Shown here: piece after piece, positions 59,749 through 63,377 of the stretch | How positions within the stretch are numbered: the first letter of the stretch is position 1 | How the letters are laid out: each line of letters opens with the position of its first letter | From: Gemmatimonadales bacterium | Lineage (GTDB): Bacteria; Gemmatimonadota; Gemmatimonadetes; Gemmatimonadales; GWC2-71-9 | Assembly: GCA_036395695.1 (NCBI GenBank) | Contig: DASWDA010000028.1 | Coordinates: forward strand, 1-63,377 | DNA length: 63,377 nt | Direction of reading: 5' to 3' | Translations under genes and position numbers: made by a program | Notes under the pieces: model-generated | The model's database searches: none | What the model saw: the letters and a program-made list of their open reading frames with translations, nothing else | What the model was told of the DNA's origin: nothing

Positions 59749-61019
59749 TGGTCTGGCGAGCGAGTCCCTATGTTGCGGCCGGTGTGCTCGCCGCCGGCAT
59801 GCTCGGGTGGGCTGCACACGAAGCGTGGTCGTCGCGGCAGATTCCCGTCGCGCTGCCGATTGTCGTGACCAGTGCCTATGACGAGTGGGCCGATACGCTC
59901 GGCCGCCGCGAGATGTTGTCCGACGTGCTGGAGCGGGCGGGGATCAGCGGCCGCGAGTACGTCGCCTTCATGAAAGCCACGCACGTCCTCAATCCCCGGC
60001 GCATGCAGCCGGGGCTCATCTTCGAAATGCGGCGGTTGAAGGGAACGACCGTCGCCAATCGGTTGGGCGTCCGGCTCGATCCCGAGCGGCACCTGCTGAT
60101 GAATCGCCGCGGCGGCGACTCGGGGTGGGTCGAGGCGGTCGAAGACATCCCGTGGACCACCGAGCGGCTGCGGACCACCGCCGTCATTCAATCGAACCTG
60201 TACGACGCCCTCGACGCCGCGATTCCTGATTCCTTCCTGCCCATGCGCCAGCGCGTTGCCCTGGCCTGGGCCATCGCCGACGTCTACGACTGGGAAGTGG
60301 ACTTCACGCGCGATCTGCGTCCGGGCGACCGTGTCGAGGTTTTGATCGAGCGGCTGGAGTCGCCCGGAGGGGAACGACGTTTCGGTCGCGTTTTGGCTGC
60401 GCGCGTTGATGTCGCGGGATCGCCCAGCTTCGCATTTGCCTACCAGAACGCCTTTTACGATGATCGCGGGCGGTCGTTGCGCCGCGCCTTTCTCCGTGCG
60501 CCGCTGCGCTTCAGCCACATCTCGAGCCGCTTTGGCGGGCGCTTTCATCCGATTCTCAAGCGCTGGAGAACGCACGAGGGCACGGATTACGCGGCGGGGT
60601 ACGGGACGCCGGTGCGCGCCACGGCGGACGGCATCGTCACGGAAGCCGGGCGCAACGGCGGCTACGGCAACTTGATCGAGATTCGCCATGCCAACGGCAT
60701 TCGCACCCGCTACGGGCACCTCTCGAAGTTCGCCAAGGGGCTGCACGTGGGACAGCACGTCCTCCAGGAGCAGACGATCGGGTACGTGGGCTCGACGGGG
60801 CTGTCCACCGGCCCGCACCTGCATTACGAGTTTCTGGTGAATGGCCGGCCCACGAATCCGCAGCGCAAGGACGCCGGCGCCGGCGAGCCCGTGCCGTCGA
60901 AGTTGAAGTCGCAGTTCGACGACGTGCGTGCGCAGCTCCTGGCGGAGCTCGAGCCGACCGGTATTCCGTCCGCGGCAGCGGCGCTCGGCAATGCGGCCGC
61001 TCCGGCGCGCGACGACTAG
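59748..61019 (+). CDS. M23-family (LytM) metallopeptidase with N-terminal membrane anchor
   Basis: HEGTDYAA, GYGNLIEIRH and GSTGLSTGPHLHYE motifs. The ATG shares 1 nt with the ftsZ stop. Confidence 0.87.
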   Translation: MVWRASPYVAAGVLAAGMLGWAAHEAWSSRQIPVALPIVVTSAYDEWADTLGRREMLSDVLERAGISGREYVAFMKATHVLNPRRMQPGLIFEMRRLKGTTVANRLGVRLDPERHLLMNRRGGDSGWVEAVEDIPWTTERLRTTAVIQSNLYDALDAAIPDSFLPMRQRVALAWAIADVYDWEVDFTRDLRPGDRVEVLIERLESPGGERRFGRVLAARVDVAGSPSFAFAYQNAFYDDRGRSLRRAFLRAPLRFSHISSRFGGRFHPILKRWRTHEGTDYAAGYGTPVRATADGIVTEAGRNGGYGNLIEIRHANGIRTRYGHLSKFAKGLHVGQHVLQEQTIGYVGSTGLSTGPHLHYEFLVNGRPTNPQRKDAGAGEPVPSKLKSQFDDVRAQLLAELEPTGIPSAAAALGNAAAPARDD

Positions 61020-61023
61020 CCCC

Positions 61024-61058
61024 CAGCCACCAGCCACCACCCTCCTCACCGACACATC
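61024..61058. repeat. degenerating tandem heptamer array filling the spacer before hisA
   Basis: CAGCCAC CAGCCAC CACCCTC CTCACCG ACACATC. Confidence 0.6.
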
Positions 61059-61060
61059 GC

Positions 61061-61759
61061 GTGGAGCTCTACCCCGCCGTCGATATAGAAGGCGGGCGCG
61101 TCGCACGCGCCCACGGCGAGCTGACGCACCCGCTCGCGGCCCTCGACACCTTCATCCGCGCCGGCGCCAAGTGGATTCACCTGGTCGACATGGACCGCGC
61201 GTTCGGGGGGGGGCGCAAGGACAACCATGAGCTCATCGGCGCGGTGCTGAGCGCGGCCGCGACGCGCGTCCAGGTGCAGGTCGGCGGCGGTCTGTTTCGG
61301 GAAACGGACATCGATCAGATGTTCAACCTGGGCGCGACGCGCGTCGTCATAGGGCCGCGCGGCGCGGTGGACTCGGCGTTAGTCGAGCGGCTCGTCAAAC
61401 GCCACGGCGCGCGCCGGCTCGCCGCCGGCATCGACGCGAGGGACGGCCGCGTCGCCCCGCGCGGCACGGCGGACATTCTCGATCTGACGGCAGCGGAGCT
61501 CGCGACGCGTGTCGCGGCACTCGGGATCCGGACGATCATCTACAATGAGGTGACGCGCGACGGCAAGCTGACCGGCCCCGACACCGAGGGAGCGCGGAGG
61601 CTTGCCGGACTCGGCATAGACGTCATTGTATCGGGTGGCGTCGGGTCGCTCGACGACCTGCGCGCCGCGCGGGCGGCGGGACTCGCCGGAATCTGTGTCG
61701 GTCGCGCGCTGTACGACGGCAAGTTCACGATCGCCGAGGCGCTCGCGTGTCTCTCGTAA
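61061..61759 (+). CDS. hisA: HisA/PriA-family (beta/alpha)8 ProFAR isomerase
   Basis: LYPAVDIEGGRV, VQVGGG, DGKLTGPD and VIVSGGVGSLDDL blocks. GTG start. No other his genes are in the window. Confidence 0.78.
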   Translation: MELYPAVDIEGGRVARAHGELTHPLAALDTFIRAGAKWIHLVDMDRAFGGGRKDNHELIGAVLSAAATRVQVQVGGGLFRETDIDQMFNLGATRVVIGPRGAVDSALVERLVKRHGARRLAAGIDARDGRVAPRGTADILDLTAAELATRVAALGIRTIIYNEVTRDGKLTGPDTEGARRLAGLGIDVIVSGGVGSLDDLRAARAAGLAGICVGRALYDGKFTIAEALACLS

Positions 61760-63377
61760 CGTTGCGAATCGTCGCAGTGCTGGCGCTGATCCTCCTGCTC
61801 TGGAATCCGGCCAGCTCGCGGCTGCTCCCCGCGGGCGATCAACCGATCGTGCTGCTTGACGCCTCGCTCAGCATGTCGGGATCGCCGTGGCACGCGGCGC
61901 TCGACAGCGCGCGGCGCTACGCGCGAGAGCGGGCGGTCGTCTGGCGCTTCGGCACCGGCGTCGCGTCGCTCGACACCACGCCGCCGACCGCGGGTGCGAG
62001 CCACCTCGGACCGGCACTCGAGGCCGCCGCGGGGCGGGCCGGTGAAGTGGTGGTCGTGACGGATGGAAATGTCGATGACCTGGCCGGCATTCCGCCCGAT
62101 CTGCTGCGCCGGCCGCGCGTGATCCTCGCGCCGCGAGCGCCATTCTTCGATGCGTACGTTGCGGCCGTCGAGGGGCCGAGGCATGTGACGCGAAGCGATA
62201 CCATCCCGCTCAGGGTGAGTTACGGTGTAGCTGGGGTTCGGGGCTCGGGACTCGGGGCTCGGAATGCATCGATCGTGGTGAGTGTCGCCGACCGCCGGCT
62301 GACGTCGCAGCGAGTGACGCTACCCGATAGCGGGACACTTTCCACTGAGGTCACGTTTCCCGTGTCCCGAATCCCGAATCCCGGTTGGTCAGTGCTCGAG
62401 GTCCGTCTGGATGGCGTCGGTGACGCCGAGCCTCGAGACGACAGCCGTCAGTTCGTCGTTGACGTGAGCCTCGTGCCCGCCGCCGTCCTCTTCGCGTCGC
62501 CGCCCGACTGGGACGCGCGGTTCCTCGCCCGCATCATGCGCGACGTCGCACGGGTACCAGTCAAGGTGTTCGTCGAGACGGAAGCGGGCCGCTGGCGTGA
62601 CGGCGCAACGCTGGCGCCGGTTGCGACGACCGATCTGACGCGGGCGGCGGCGAACGCTCGCCTCGTGATCGCGACGGGTGAGCCGGGGCGGGCGCGGGCG
62701 TTTACCACCGATTCCCACAGCGCGTTGCTGCTGTGGCCAACCACTGGGCAAACGGGCGATTGGTACGTGGAGCGGCCGGTGTCCTCACCATTCACGGCCG
62801 CGCTTGCGGGCGTGGCGTGGGATTCACTTCCGCCGGCGACAGCCGTCACGATGCAGGTGCGCGACTCTGGGTCCGCCGCGACGGTCGCGCTGGCGGCGCG
62901 ACTGGCGCGTCGCGGCGCAGCGCGCCCGATCGTGATCCTCGAGCAGCACGGCAGTCAGCGCGTCGCGACGGTCACCGCCGCCGGATTGTGGCGCTGGGCC
63001 TTCCGCGGCGGGGCCGCCGAGGAAGCCTATCGGAGTGTGGTGGCGGCGATAGTGGACTGGCTCCTGGGGGAGCGGGGAGTGGGAAGCCGGGAGCGGGCGG
63101 TGCCCGAAGCGCTCGAGCTGGCGAACGGCCTTCCGATCGTTTGGCGCTGGACATCGGCGGACAGCGCGCACGCGCTGGCGGTGACGTTGCGCAGCAAAGA
63201 CAGCACGCGCACCGACACGCTGCGGTTCGACCCGTCAGGTCGCGCCGAACTGCTGCTGCCACCCGGCGTCTATCGCTACGCCTTGAGTGGCGGCACGGAG
63301 CAGGGTGTCATCGCGGTCGAGACGTACTCCGATGAATGGTTGCCGCGCGCGCCCACGCTCAGCGCTCAGCCGGGCGA
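61747..63377 (+). CDS. membrane-anchored VWA-like protein (BatA/BatB-like), 3'-partial
   Basis: Absent from the ORF track because it has no stop in the window. I translated it by hand from GTG 61747 and it is open to nt 63377. N-terminal TM IVAVLALILLLW and a MIDAS-like motif VLLDASLSMSG. Overlaps the hisA 3' end by 13 nt. Confidence 0.6.
   Translation, partial: MSLVTLRIVAVLALILLLWNPASSRLLPAGDQPIVLLDASLSMSGSPWHAALDSARRYARERAVVWRFGTGVASLDTTPPTAGASHLGPALEAAAGRAGEVVVVTDGNVDDLAGIPPDLLRRPRVILAPRAPFFDAYVAAVEGPRHVTRSDTIPLRVSYGVAGVRGSGLGARNASIVVSVADRRLTSQRVTLPDSGTLSTEVTFPVSRIPNPGWSVLEVRLDGVGDAEPRDDSRQFVVDVSLVPAAVLFASPPDWDARFLARIMRDVARVPVKVFVETEAGRWRDGATLAPVATTDLTRAAANARLVIATGEPGRARAFTTDSHSALLLWPTTGQTGDWYVERPVSSPFTAALAGVAWDSLPPATAVTMQVRDSGSAATVALAARLARRGAARPIVILEQHGSQRVATVTAAGLWRWAFRGGAAEEAYRSVVAAIVDWLLGERGVGSRERAVPEALELANGLPIVWRWTSADSAHALAVTLRSKDSTRTDTLRFDPSGRAELLLPPGVYRYALSGGTEQGVIAVETYSDEWLPRAPTLSAQPG
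62233..62267. repeat. G-rich tandem heptamer array (left member of an inverted pair) inside the CDS
   Basis: GGGGTTC GGGGCTC GGGACTC GGGGCTC GGAATGC. Confidence 0.8.
62354..62388. repeat. C-rich tandem heptamer array (right member of the inverted pair) inside the CDS
   Basis: CGTTTCC CGTGTCC CGAATCC CGAATCC CGGTTGG. Its reverse-complement units GGATTCG and GGACACG match the left-array units GGGTTCG and GGACTCG at 6 of 7 positions. Confidence 0.75.

Overview
This is a very GC-rich, gene-dense chromosomal segment. All protein genes except two (3206-4261) lie on the + strand, and many junctions are 1-8 nt overlaps (ATGA, GTGA, TGATG), so long stretches look translationally coupled.

Gene order, left to right:
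- multicopper oxidase, amidohydrolase, tRNA-Met(CAU)
- tilS-hpt-ftsH
- a MacA-like adaptor with an ABC ATPase and two FtsX-type permeases
- folP-cdaA
- a DUF2723 membrane protein
- yggS-divIVA-pnp
- ileS-dksA-lspA-rluD
- a ~17 kb chemosensory/MglA supercluster (23787-41081)
- a peptidase-MA-like protein and a small membrane protein
- tRNA-Val, a secreted TPR protein, tRNA-Asp and an intrinsic terminator
- a dcw cluster: rsmH-ftsL-ftsI-murE-murF-mraY-murD-ftsW-murG-murC-ftsQ-ftsA-ftsZ
- an M23 peptidase, a HisA-like isomerase and a partial VWA-type membrane protein

No prophage, transposase, CRISPR array or recognisable defence genes were seen.

Most interesting signals:
1. A protein made of two tandem DnaA-type AAA+ modules, without DnaA domains I or IV. 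It is translationally coupled to mglA inside a PATAN-TPR / Roadblock x3 / MglA / PATAN-TPR core, which is itself nested in a che operon.
2. That che operon has CheR, CheB and CheD but no MCP.
3. Both PATAN proteins carry tandem 24-residue motifs that resemble the MshEN c-di-GMP-binding consensus.
4. Tandem heptanucleotide arrays recur across the window. Some form hairpin-capable spacers that fill intergenic gaps exactly. Others are G3-4N3-4 arrays with G-quadruplex potential, inserted in frame in coding sequences.

The long minus-strand ORFs in the track are GC-driven antisense artefacts.
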